NCBI GenBank assembly: GCA_012522255.1 | Contig: JAAYKT010000040.1 | Coordinates: 1 to 33,830 of the forward strand | Reading direction: 5' to 3' | DNA: 33,830 nt | From: Clostridiales bacterium | Lineage (GTDB): Bacteria; Bacillota; Clostridia; Lutisporales; Lutisporaceae | Part shown: piece by piece, positions 23,163 through 30,561 of the stretch | How the letters are laid out: every line of letters begins with the position of its first letter | Numbering within the stretch: the stretch's first letter is position 1 | Program-made: the position numbers and the translations under genes | Notes under the pieces: model-generated | Told to the model about the DNA's origin: nothing | The model's database searches: none | What the model saw: only the letters and a program-made list of their open reading frames with translations

Positions 23163-23759
23163 TTAATTTGCCTTAAGTCTCAATAAATAATGGGTATACC
23201 CTTTCAAACTATCTTCCGTATCTCCATAGGATACGGTTTCCATGGCAAGAAAAATATTGTCTTTGGTTATATAAAACAAAGGATTTGATAAAACCCCACC
23301 CTCTTCATACATAATATAATGTTTGATTTCATTGACATTTAATTGCTTTTTAATATCATCATAATCAAATATTGAATCCAGACCCTCAAAATCCTCTATA
23401 TCTTTCCTAACTAAATCATCATAATATTTATCTCCGTAGTCTTTTACGGTTATAAACTCAAAACCTTCTACCGGACTCTCTCCAAATGTTCCTGTTGTTT
23501 CATGGAAGTAATTTTCTTTTATTGAAAACTGCGCAGCTTTGAAAGTTTCTGTTACTGTCTCTAAGTCATTCTTATATTGTTCTTCACTTATTATAGGGGA
23601 CTTACGCATATATACCACTTCATCAAATGTGTATTCTCCATAAAAATCAGCAATATTTAGGGATGTTATACCAATTGGGTTATTAGAGGATCGACACCCT
23701 GCTAAAACCAAAAGAATGATACCAAGCAAAATAATTATTAATGTTAGCTTTTTATTCAT
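23163..23759 (-). CDS. Lipoprotein of unknown function
   Basis: Signal peptide with a lipobox (LLVLAGC|RSS) and an AAGGAGA RBS 9 nt upstream. I recognised no family. Confidence 0.7.
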   Translation of the reverse strand: MNKKLTLIIILLGIILLVLAGCRSSNNPIGITSLNIADFYGEYTFDEVVYMRKSPIISEEQYKNDLETVTETFKAAQFSIKENYFHETTGTFGESPVEGFEFITVKDYGDKYYDDLVRKDIEDFEGLDSIFDYDDIKKQLNVNEIKHYIMYEEGGVLSNPLFYITKDNIFLAMETVSYGDTEDSLKGYTHYLLRLKAN

Positions 23760-24020
23760 TTACTTCTATCTCCTTTTTTACATAGGCTAAGCAGACCTCA
23801 GCATTGCCCATTTTCAATGATGAACCATCCATCCGAACTTATTATTTTACAGTTTACTGACCTTCCTGCGGAACATTGTTTGACTAAACTCAGTCTGACA
23901 TCTTAAAACAATAGTGTCAATATGATATACACTTGTTTTATTTGTTGACAAATCTTAATGTCTGAAACAAAATATAAATGAAACCGCGAAATTCTGTTTA
24001 ATAAAACTCTGGGGGTAAAA

Positions 24021-24677
24021 ATGAAAAATCATAAATTAAAAATACTAATAATACTACTAGCGGTTTTAATAGCCGCAATCGGTTGTGTCAATAATGGTAA
24101 AACAAAAGATGAAAATATAAATATTATTCCTTTGACGGATATTGAAATTGAAAGTTTCAATGAGTCTTTTAAGCCAATACTTGTTGATGAACAGGGCATA
24201 GGCTACGTTAACCCTATCAGCAACTTCTTTACATCTTATTACGACAAGCCTGAAGATATTAATCTCGCCGAATTTCTTAGCTATTTTACACCGGACAGAG
24301 ATGTTCAAGATGGTGATGAATTTGATGCACTCAAAAATGAAAAGAACTGGCCCTTTGGTACTGACAGGGATTTTAAAAGCATGCCTGTTCCTATACATGC
24401 TTTTCATGTTGAAACCATAAACAAAGAGCTGCAACAATATATGGATATAACATTAGATGATATAAGCGGTATAGGTACTGAAAGCCTTATATTTCTTGAA
24501 GAATATAATGCATATTATAATTTCACCAGTGATTTTGCCGCCGGTGTCTTTCAATGTACCAGGGGGGAAACCGAGGGAAACATAGTCCGCCTGTTTAGTG
24601 AATCCGTGACACTTACTTTAAGGAAACACGATGATGATTATTTAATCCTGTCACACCAACTATCTGCAAAAGATTAA
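24021..24677 (+). CDS. Lipoprotein of unknown function
   Basis: Signal peptide with a lipobox (LIAAIGC|VNN) and a GGGGGT RBS. It is divergent from the other lipoprotein gene and shows no similarity to it. Confidence 0.7.
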   Translation: MKNHKLKILIILLAVLIAAIGCVNNGKTKDENINIIPLTDIEIESFNESFKPILVDEQGIGYVNPISNFFTSYYDKPEDINLAEFLSYFTPDRDVQDGDEFDALKNEKNWPFGTDRDFKSMPVPIHAFHVETINKELQQYMDITLDDISGIGTESLIFLEEYNAYYNFTSDFAAGVFQCTRGETEGNIVRLFSESVTLTLRKHDDDYLILSHQLSAKD

Positions 24678-24693
24678 TTATTTATATTTTAAG

Positions 24694-24925
24694 TGAGGGT
24701 TTATATTTTGAAGGTTCTCCATCATATCAATATACCGGGCAAGGCGGCTTAAGCTGGGGTATACCTTATGCTGCAGGTGTATTGGCATTAGGGTGGCAAG
24801 TAAACCCAACTTTAAACAATGAGCAAATCCTTCAGATTCTCTTTGATACATGCACTACAGCAGATGATGGAAGCAATATAATAAATCCTCCTACATTTAT
24901 AGATGCTGTTAAAAACTTTCAATAA
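24694..24925 (+). pseudogene. C-terminal remnant of a subtilase-like (S8-type) serine peptidase gene
   Basis: The frame is open but has no start codon: ...GSPSYQYTGQGGLSWGIPYAAGVLALGWQVNPTLNNEQILQILFDTCTTADDGSNIINPPTFIDAVKNFQ*. This resembles the GTSMAxPxVAG...P.L....I...L..T... C-terminus of S8 peptidases. Confidence 0.45.
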
Positions 24926-24936
24926 TATCAATAATA

Positions 24937-25176
24937 ATGGCGGGCCATGTTCGTTTTCTGGCTCAGAAAAGCCCCACTGCTGCCCGCAGGACAAAGAATG
25001 AATTAATGGATGCCGGAGCGATTTCCATTTCTCAACACAGAATTTATACCGCTGAATAAGTTCACAAGATGTCCGTTGAGAAATGGTATTTGATTCTGTA
25101 TCAGATTAAGGATCAGACAGTATATGTTGATTATATCGTGGATTGTAGACAAGATTATGGTTGGCTGGTGCGGTAG
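24937..25176 (+). pseudogene. RelE/ParE-family toxin pseudogene (N-terminally truncated, in-frame TAA)
   Basis: MAGHVRFLAQKSPTAARRTKNELMDAGAISISQHRIYTAE * VHKMSVEKWYLILYQIKDQTVYVDYIVDCRQDYGWLVR*. The ending ...Y.I.Y.I.D.TVYV..I.DCRQDY is typical of ParE/RelE toxins. An in-frame stop lies at 25057-25059, and there is no antitoxin gene upstream. Confidence 0.5.
24946..24981 (+). repeat. Copy B of the 36-bp direct repeat
   Basis: CATGTTCGTTTTCTGGCTCAGAAAAGCCCCACTGCT lies 1.83 kb downstream of copy A in the same orientation. It is part of the ParE-like pseudogene. Confidence 0.7.
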
Positions 25177-25305
25177 AACTTATTTATTTCAATTAATGTT
25201 TATATATAGCGCCCAAACAGGAATTCGTTACGATGTTATTCTGCATTGCTTGCTGCAACGATTGAGTATAAGGTATCGTAATGGTAAGCAAAGGAGGCGG
25301 GAAAT

Positions 25306-25731
25306 ATGTTTAGTGAAAATCTTAAAAATCTTCGTAAGGAAAAGGGGCTTTCACAAGAGGAATTGGCAGAGCGATTGCATATAGTTCGGCAGACAATATC
25401 AAAATGGGAAAAAGGTCTTTCGGTACCTGACGCAGACATTCTTATTCGGATTGCTGAAATTTTCGAAACATCTGTAAGCACACTTCTTGGTGATACAGTA
25501 GTGGCATCTAACGATAGGAACATTGTAGCCCAAAAATTAGAGCAACTCAACGCACTGTTAGCCGAAAAAAATAAGCGAAGCCGTCGTATTTGGAAAGCGG
25601 TTACAATTATTTTGATTTCCATTGTTGCGATAACGGTATTACTATTCATATTCAACTTTTCAGTTACTCAGAAATTTTTTGAATCTGGCAAGTCAACTGT
25701 AATCACGAAACAAAACGCACAGATAAAATAA
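25306..25731 (+). CDS. Xre-family HTH transcriptional regulator with a C-terminal transmembrane helix
   Basis: The HTH_3 motif is LKNLRKEKGLSQEELAERLHIVRQTISKWEKGLSVPDADILIRIAEIFETSVSTLLG. The TM helix is IWKAVTIILISIVAITVLLFIF. AAAGGAGG RBS. Confidence 0.85.
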   Translation: MFSENLKNLRKEKGLSQEELAERLHIVRQTISKWEKGLSVPDADILIRIAEIFETSVSTLLGDTVVASNDRNIVAQKLEQLNALLAEKNKRSRRIWKAVTIILISIVAITVLLFIFNFSVTQKFFESGKSTVITKQNAQIK

Positions 25732-25822
25732 CCATCCCATAAAAGTTAATTTAAATTTGAAGGGGCCATAGTGTAACCTTTTGCTATACTTTTCCCTCTA
25801 TATAAGTGAAGGAGGTGTTTTG

Positions 25823-26377
25823 ATGGATGATAATAAAATAATCGAACTTTACTTTGCCCGAGATGAGGCGGCAATCAAAGAAACCAAAATTGCTTATGGC
25901 AAAAAGCTTGATAATCTATCTTTTGACATTTTGAAAAATATTGAAGATACCCTGGAATGTGTAAATGATACTTATTTAAAAACATGGAATACTGTACCGC
26001 CCCAAAAGCCAACCTACTTTTATGCTTTTATCTCTAAAATATGCAGGCATCTGTGCTTCGACAGGTTAGATTACCAGAATGCCAAGAAGCGAAAATTTGA
26101 AACAGTTACCCTTTCTGATGAACTAGCTAACTGTATCCCGGATACACTTAACGATGCAGAGTTTGAGGATAAAGCAATTGGAGATGCCCTGACAATATTT
26201 TTGAATACTTTATCTAAGAATCATAGGCTGATATTTATGCGCAGATATTGGTTTTGCGAGCCAATATCTGATGTAGCAAATCATCTCAAGGTATCGGAAA
26301 GTAAGGTCAAAACATCGCTTCATCGAACACGCATAAAATTAAGAGCATATTTAGAAACGGAGGGAATTTCTATATGA
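25823..26377 (+). CDS. Sigma-70-family (ECF-like, group 4) RNA polymerase sigma factor
   Basis: Region 2 is IIELYFARDEAAIKETKIAYGKKL...ECVNDTYLKTWNTVPP. Region 4 is RLIFMRRYWFCEPISDVANHLKVSESKVKTSLHRTRIKLRAYLE. ATG 25823 lies 7 nt after GAAGGAGG; the track start 25781 is upstream of that RBS. Confidence 0.85.
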   Translation: MDDNKIIELYFARDEAAIKETKIAYGKKLDNLSFDILKNIEDTLECVNDTYLKTWNTVPPQKPTYFYAFISKICRHLCFDRLDYQNAKKRKFETVTLSDELANCIPDTLNDAEFEDKAIGDALTIFLNTLSKNHRLIFMRRYWFCEPISDVANHLKVSESKVKTSLHRTRIKLRAYLETEGISI

Positions 26378-27633
26378 AAGGAAATGATTTATTAAAAGGT
26401 TTAACCTATGTGGATGATAGTTTAATAAAAGAAGCAGAAGAACATAAACTGAAAAAGTCACCAATTAGGCTTGTACTGCCTCTTGCTGCGAGCTTTGCAT
26501 TAACTATTGCCGTATTTACAATCTGGTCAAATTATTCAAACCATTTGCCCTTATCTCCCGGAAACAATATTCCGCCTATTGTGGGTAACGAAGGCCCTCA
26601 TTCCGACAAGGGTTATATACTTTATTTTAATGAGGCTGATAGTCAAATAGCCGCTAGTATCCATATTGAAGGTCATTTTTGGGAAGAATTAACCTCCGCA
26701 CAAATAGAAGGGTTATTTCAGGACATTACGAAAAAATATAAAATAGACGGCACAGTTAACTATTCGTATAAATCAGGTTCTGCATCAGTTTTCAATATTG
26801 ATGCACGATTTAATGCTAATGGCAAGGATGTAAAAGTCACTATCGCACCGGGAGAAATGATAAAATGCTATCTGATTGAGGGTGAGCCCATCTTTTCTGA
26901 AATTGAAGGCGTGAACATTGAAGCTGGTATCTTTATTACTGACAAAAACAGTAAGGGTCAGCTAAACTACATTTATTATGCAGATTTCAAAATCGATGAT
27001 ATTGCCTACAATGTTGAGTACATTGGTAATAAAGACGATAAGGATTTTTTCACCAATATTATTGCAGATATAGTTTTAGGTGGTAAGGCAGATCTTTCTG
27101 TTCTGGAAAATCCCGTCGTGCCTAAGCTTCGTAGTGACAGGCTGACGGAAATTGAGGCTTATGGCGAAAAAGATTTTGGAGCCTATTTACTAAAAGTGCC
27201 AAATAATTATACTTTTAATGATGCTACACGCTTTGTTAACCAGAATAGCGACTTTTTGTCATCAAGCTGGTCGCGGGGTTATGATGATATCAGAATCACA
27301 ATTTCAAAGTTAAATGAACAGGATAAAGAAAGAATTGTTTCGCTAAAAGATACAAAGCTTTACGACATGTCACTTTATCCTATCCCATGGGCAGAAAGTA
27401 TGCCGAGGGATAAAGCAAATATTATAGAAAATCCTATTTTCAAGATTGAAGAGCTTACTATCGATATTTTGAAGCTGCGTGGTTATACCCGCAACGAGCA
27501 AGGTGGCCCAGGCAAAAACATTATAAATATGAGATTTTCTGTGCTTTACGATGATATTCTTGTGGAGGTTAATACAGAAGGTGTTAGTTATGAATATCTA
27601 TTTAATGAATTGTCAAAGATACCTCATGTCTAA
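26374..27633 (+). CDS. Putative membrane-anchored anti-sigma factor with a large unassigned extracytoplasmic domain
   Basis: The start overlaps the sigma gene stop (ATATGA). The short cytoplasmic N-terminus (LLKGLTYVDDSLIKEAEE) is typical of partners of this sigma type. One TM helix (LVLPLAASFALTIAVFTIW) is followed by ~350 aa with no motif I can place. Confidence 0.6.
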   Translation: MKGNDLLKGLTYVDDSLIKEAEEHKLKKSPIRLVLPLAASFALTIAVFTIWSNYSNHLPLSPGNNIPPIVGNEGPHSDKGYILYFNEADSQIAASIHIEGHFWEELTSAQIEGLFQDITKKYKIDGTVNYSYKSGSASVFNIDARFNANGKDVKVTIAPGEMIKCYLIEGEPIFSEIEGVNIEAGIFITDKNSKGQLNYIYYADFKIDDIAYNVEYIGNKDDKDFFTNIIADIVLGGKADLSVLENPVVPKLRSDRLTEIEAYGEKDFGAYLLKVPNNYTFNDATRFVNQNSDFLSSSWSRGYDDIRITISKLNEQDKERIVSLKDTKLYDMSLYPIPWAESMPRDKANIIENPIFKIEELTIDILKLRGYTRNEQGGPGKNIINMRFSVLYDDILVEVNTEGVSYEYLFNELSKIPHV

Positions 27634-27697
27634 ATCAAAATCTATTATTAGATATTGAACGTCTAACACACAAATAATCTATGATATAGCTCAAAAT

Positions 27698-27733
27698 GGA
27701 GCCACTGCAGAAAGCAGTGTCTCCTTGTTCGTT
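27698..27733 (+). terminator. Rho-independent terminator after the sigma/anti-sigma operon
   Basis: GGAGCCACTGC-AGAA-GCAGTGTCTCC (10 of 11 bp paired) followed by TTGTTCGTT. Confidence 0.6.
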
Positions 27734-27847
27734 ACATTCCCAAAATAGTCCAAAGTATCCTTGCAAAAGAACAGTTAATTCATGCTATAGTTTATATATA
27801 AAAATAAACTTTTAAAAATAACGAATATCAAGCAGTTGTCTATATAG

Positions 27848-27949
27848 TTAAATGGTGTTATCCGTTTTGGACGTTCATGGGCAATACCTAAAAATGTAGA
27901 AAAGCCTGCGGATGGTAGAATGAAAGAAAATCGAGAAAAAAGAAATTGA
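27848..27949 (+). pseudogene. C-terminal remnant of a small HTH DNA-binding protein gene
   Basis: ...ITNIKQLSI * LNGVIRFGRSWAIPKNVEKPADGRMKENREKRN*. The G..W.IP...EKP.DGR ending is characteristic of a common Firmicutes HTH family. There is an in-frame TAG and no intact N-terminus. Confidence 0.4.
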
Positions 27950-27974
27950 GAAAAACTTGAGATTTACATGTAAT
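27946..27974 (+). promoter_or_regulatory. Candidate promoter of the two-component operon, with a TTGAGA-N5-TTGAGA direct repeat
   Basis: TTGAGA (27946-27951), a 17-nt spacer, then TGTAAT (27969-27974). A second TTGAGA at 27957-27962 gives an 11-bp periodicity. The TTG start is at 28004, after GAGGGGAGGG. Confidence 0.45.
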
Positions 27975-28003
27975 AATAGTATCTGCTGAGGGGAGGGTGT
28001 TAT

Positions 28004-28678
28004 TTGAAACATAAAATATTGATTGTTGATGATGAAAAAGGCATTGTCACAATGATGAAGAATTATTTTGAAATGTCAGGATACCAAGTGTATTCTGCTT
28101 ATAATGGTAACGAGGCTCTTCAAAAAGTCTCCTGCCAACCGGACATCATTTTGCTCGATATCAATATGCCGGAGATGGACGGCATTTCTGTTTGCCGGCG
28201 TATTCGTGAACACATCTCCTGCCCAGTCCTTTTTCTCACTGCCCGTATCGAGAGCAAGGATAAAATTATAGGATTGCAGGCCGGTGCGGATGACTATATT
28301 GTCAAGCCCTTTGACATAGATGAGCTGGGGGCGCGAGTGGAAGCACATTTGCGCCGTGAACAGCGGAAGCAGGAACGGTCTGTAGTGCGATTTTTTGACG
28401 AGCTGGCTATCGACTATTTGAAAAGAGAGATAACGATAAATACTAATCTTATCCTGTTATCAAAAAAAGAATTTGATATTGTAGAGCTGCTTTCCGTGAA
28501 TGCTGGACAAGTTTTTGACCGGGAACGTATTTACGAAGTCATATGGGGCATTGAGGGTGACGGCAGCAGTGATACCATCATGGAGCATATACGAAAGATC
28601 CGTTTAAAATTAGCTGCGTATACCAACCACAGTTATATTAAAACGATATGGGGGGTAGGTTATAAGTGGAACGGCTAA
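28004..28678 (+). CDS. OmpR-family response regulator (REC + winged-helix)
   Basis: KILIVDDE...DIILLDINMPEMDG...VLFLTAR...GADDYIVKPF, plus the Trans_reg_C ending IKTIWGVGYKW. Confidence 0.9.
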   Translation: MKHKILIVDDEKGIVTMMKNYFEMSGYQVYSAYNGNEALQKVSCQPDIILLDINMPEMDGISVCRRIREHISCPVLFLTARIESKDKIIGLQAGADDYIVKPFDIDELGARVEAHLRREQRKQERSVVRFFDELAIDYLKREITINTNLILLSKKEFDIVELLSVNAGQVFDRERIYEVIWGIEGDGSSDTIMEHIRKIRLKLAAYTNHSYIKTIWGVGYKWNG

Positions 28679-29829
28679 AGCAAATGAGTTTGAAAAAAGC
28701 ATTTTTTTACTTAACGATGCTGTTTTTATTTATCGCCCTCATCTTAAGTGCTTTTTCAGTAATGGCCATCAGCAGAATTTTACAGCAATATGGATCGCCA
28801 TTAGAAATGAAAATAGACGGCAACGGTATTATAATTCCGACTGCGGCAACGGTTGATAATGCTATTCCCCTTTGGTATCACGCATTAGGGATTTTACAAC
28901 TGGCACTTCCGGTTTTTTTTGTAACAACAGGCTTGCTGTCGGCCAGTCTCGTGTTTTATCGCCTGAAATTAAAAAAACCCCTTGCTGAGTTGCAAGCCGG
29001 AGCAGTGCGGATTATGCAAAATGATTTGGATTTTTCAATTCAGTCCATTTCTAAGGATGAGCTTGGTCAGCTATGCAATTCCTTTGAGAAAATGCGTCTT
29101 GAGCTTTTGAACAATAACCGGGAGCTTTGGCGGCAGATGGAAGAGCGCAAGCGTCTCAATGCGGTTTTTTCCCATGACCTTCGTAATCCGGTTACCGTGC
29201 TGAAAGGCTCTGCAAAAATACTAAAAAAGGGACTATCCAATGGTACATTGTCATCCCAAAATGCACAGGATTCCGTATTGCTGATAGAAGAATATACTGG
29301 CAGAATTGAAACCTATATTGAAGCCATGAGCAGTGTACAACGTCTGGAAGAACTGCAATGCTCCCCTAATAATATTTGTTTGGAAACAGTGATTAAAGAA
29401 TTATCGGATAGTGCTCGCCTACTTACAATGGATTCCAGCATTAAAATAGAAGTAAAAGTTGAAAACCAATTCGTAACGTTGCAAAAAAATGTTTGGCTTG
29501 ATAAGGCAATTGTATTCAATATAGCTGAGAATCTGATTATGAATGCAGTGAGGTTCGCAAAAACCAAAATACAAGTCGGCTTAAGGCTGGATGCGGAAAC
29601 GCTTGTATTGTCCGTACAGGATGATGGACTGGGTTTCCCGCAAGAAATCCTTCGCAAAGGAGCAGAGCCATTTCTCCGTGGTGATAAAGGTAATGACCAT
29701 AGCTCTCATTTCGGCATGGGCCTCTATGTTTGTCGCCTCCTATGTGAAAAACACAGCGGTTCATTACAGCTGAAAAACACCCAAGACGGAGCTTTGGTAA
29801 CAGCAAGATTTAAAGTTTTTAGAACTTGA
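28666..29829 (+). CDS. Sensor histidine kinase (2 TM helices, HAMP, HisKA, HATPase_c)
   Basis: Two TM helices, a HAMP domain (LAELQAGAVRIMQNDLDFSI...ELGQLCNSFEKM), an H-box (FSHDLRNPVTVLKG), an N-box (NLIMNAVRFA) and G-boxes (DDGLGFP, GMGLYVC). It overlaps the response regulator gene by 13 nt. Confidence 0.9.
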   Translation: MERLKQMSLKKAFFYLTMLFLFIALILSAFSVMAISRILQQYGSPLEMKIDGNGIIIPTAATVDNAIPLWYHALGILQLALPVFFVTTGLLSASLVFYRLKLKKPLAELQAGAVRIMQNDLDFSIQSISKDELGQLCNSFEKMRLELLNNNRELWRQMEERKRLNAVFSHDLRNPVTVLKGSAKILKKGLSNGTLSSQNAQDSVLLIEEYTGRIETYIEAMSSVQRLEELQCSPNNICLETVIKELSDSARLLTMDSSIKIEVKVENQFVTLQKNVWLDKAIVFNIAENLIMNAVRFAKTKIQVGLRLDAETLVLSVQDDGLGFPQEILRKGAEPFLRGDKGNDHSSHFGMGLYVCRLLCEKHSGSLQLKNTQDGALVTARFKVFRT

Positions 29830-29836
29830 GTAATTT

Positions 29837-29853
29837 TTGAGAATTACTTGATA
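29837..29853 (+). promoter_or_regulatory. TTGAGA-N5-TTGATA direct repeat upstream of the ABC genes (candidate response-regulator box)
   Basis: TTGAGA lies at 29837-29842 and TTGATA at 29848-29853. The hexamer and 11-bp spacing are the same as the box at 27946-27962. Confidence 0.4.
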
Positions 29854-29854
29854 A

Positions 29855-29886
29855 ACTCTCCTTATCAACGGAAGGAGAGTATTTTT
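29855..29886 (+). terminator. Hairpin plus U-run between the kinase and ABC genes; its 3' arm is the ABC ATPase Shine-Dalgarno
   Basis: ACTCTCCTT (29855-29863), loop ATCAACGG, then AAGGAGAGT (29872-29880), a perfect 9-bp stem. ATTTTT follows, then ATG at 29887. Confidence 0.55.
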
Positions 29887-30561
29887 ATGATAATTAAAGG
29901 AAAAGACTTATCAAAATATTATGGGAACGGTGAAAATAAGGTGAACGCCCTCAACAGAGCAAATCTTGAAATTGTAGCAAGTGATTTTATTTCTATTATG
30001 GGACCATCCGGCAGCGGAAAAAGCACACTGCTTCATATTATTAGCGGATTGGATACGCCAACCTCCGGTACAGTCGTATTTGATGGAAAAGATATTTATC
30101 AAATGAAGGATCAAGAACTGTCAGCTTTTCGCCGCCGCAGGATTGGCTTTATCTTTCAACAATTTAATTTACTGCCCGTATTGACTGCAAAAGAGAATAT
30201 TATCATGCCCCTGCTTTTGGACAAGCGTCAGCCGGATGAAGCCTATTTGAAGCAAATTACCGAACTTTTGGGAATCACCAACCGATTATCCCATCTGCCC
30301 AGCGAGCTTTCGGGAGGGCAGCAGCAACGTGTTGCTATTGCCAGGGCACTGATTGCAAAGCCGGATGTTATCTTTGCGGATGAACCCACAGGTAATTTGG
30401 ATAGCAAGAGCGGTAATGAGGTTGTGGAAATACTTAAAGACATTTGGAAGACATTTGGCAAGGCATTGGCCATCATCACACATGACAGCCGTATAGCACA
30501 AATGGCAGACCGCCAGCTTACTATTGTGGATGGGATACTTTCGGAGGTGACGGCACGATGA
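29887..30561 (+). CDS. ABC transporter ATP-binding protein (MacB/FtsE/BceA-like)
   Basis: Walker A GPSGSGKST, Q-loop, signature LSGGQQQRVAIARAL, Walker B VIFADEPTGNLD and H-loop ITHD. ATG 29887 has a GGAAGGAGAG RBS; the track's TTG 29848 has none. Confidence 0.9.
   Translation: MIIKGKDLSKYYGNGENKVNALNRANLEIVASDFISIMGPSGSGKSTLLHIISGLDTPTSGTVVFDGKDIYQMKDQELSAFRRRRIGFIFQQFNLLPVLTAKENIIMPLLLDKRQPDEAYLKQITELLGITNRLSHLPSELSGGQQQRVAIARALIAKPDVIFADEPTGNLDSKSGNEVVEILKDIWKTFGKALAIITHDSRIAQMADRQLTIVDGILSEVTAR

Noticed and set aside
25124-25655. ORFs 25124-25384 (+) and 25236-25655 (-) overlapping the ParE remnant and the Xre gene.
   Set aside because: The Xre frame has a clear HTH motif and a strong RBS. 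The competing frames have neither and overlap it extensively.
29848-29886. TTG start at 29848 for the ABC ATPase (ORF-track start).
   Set aside because: There is no RBS upstream, and the extra 13 residues are not part of ABC ATPases. ATG 29887 is preceded by GGAAGGAGAG at ideal spacing.
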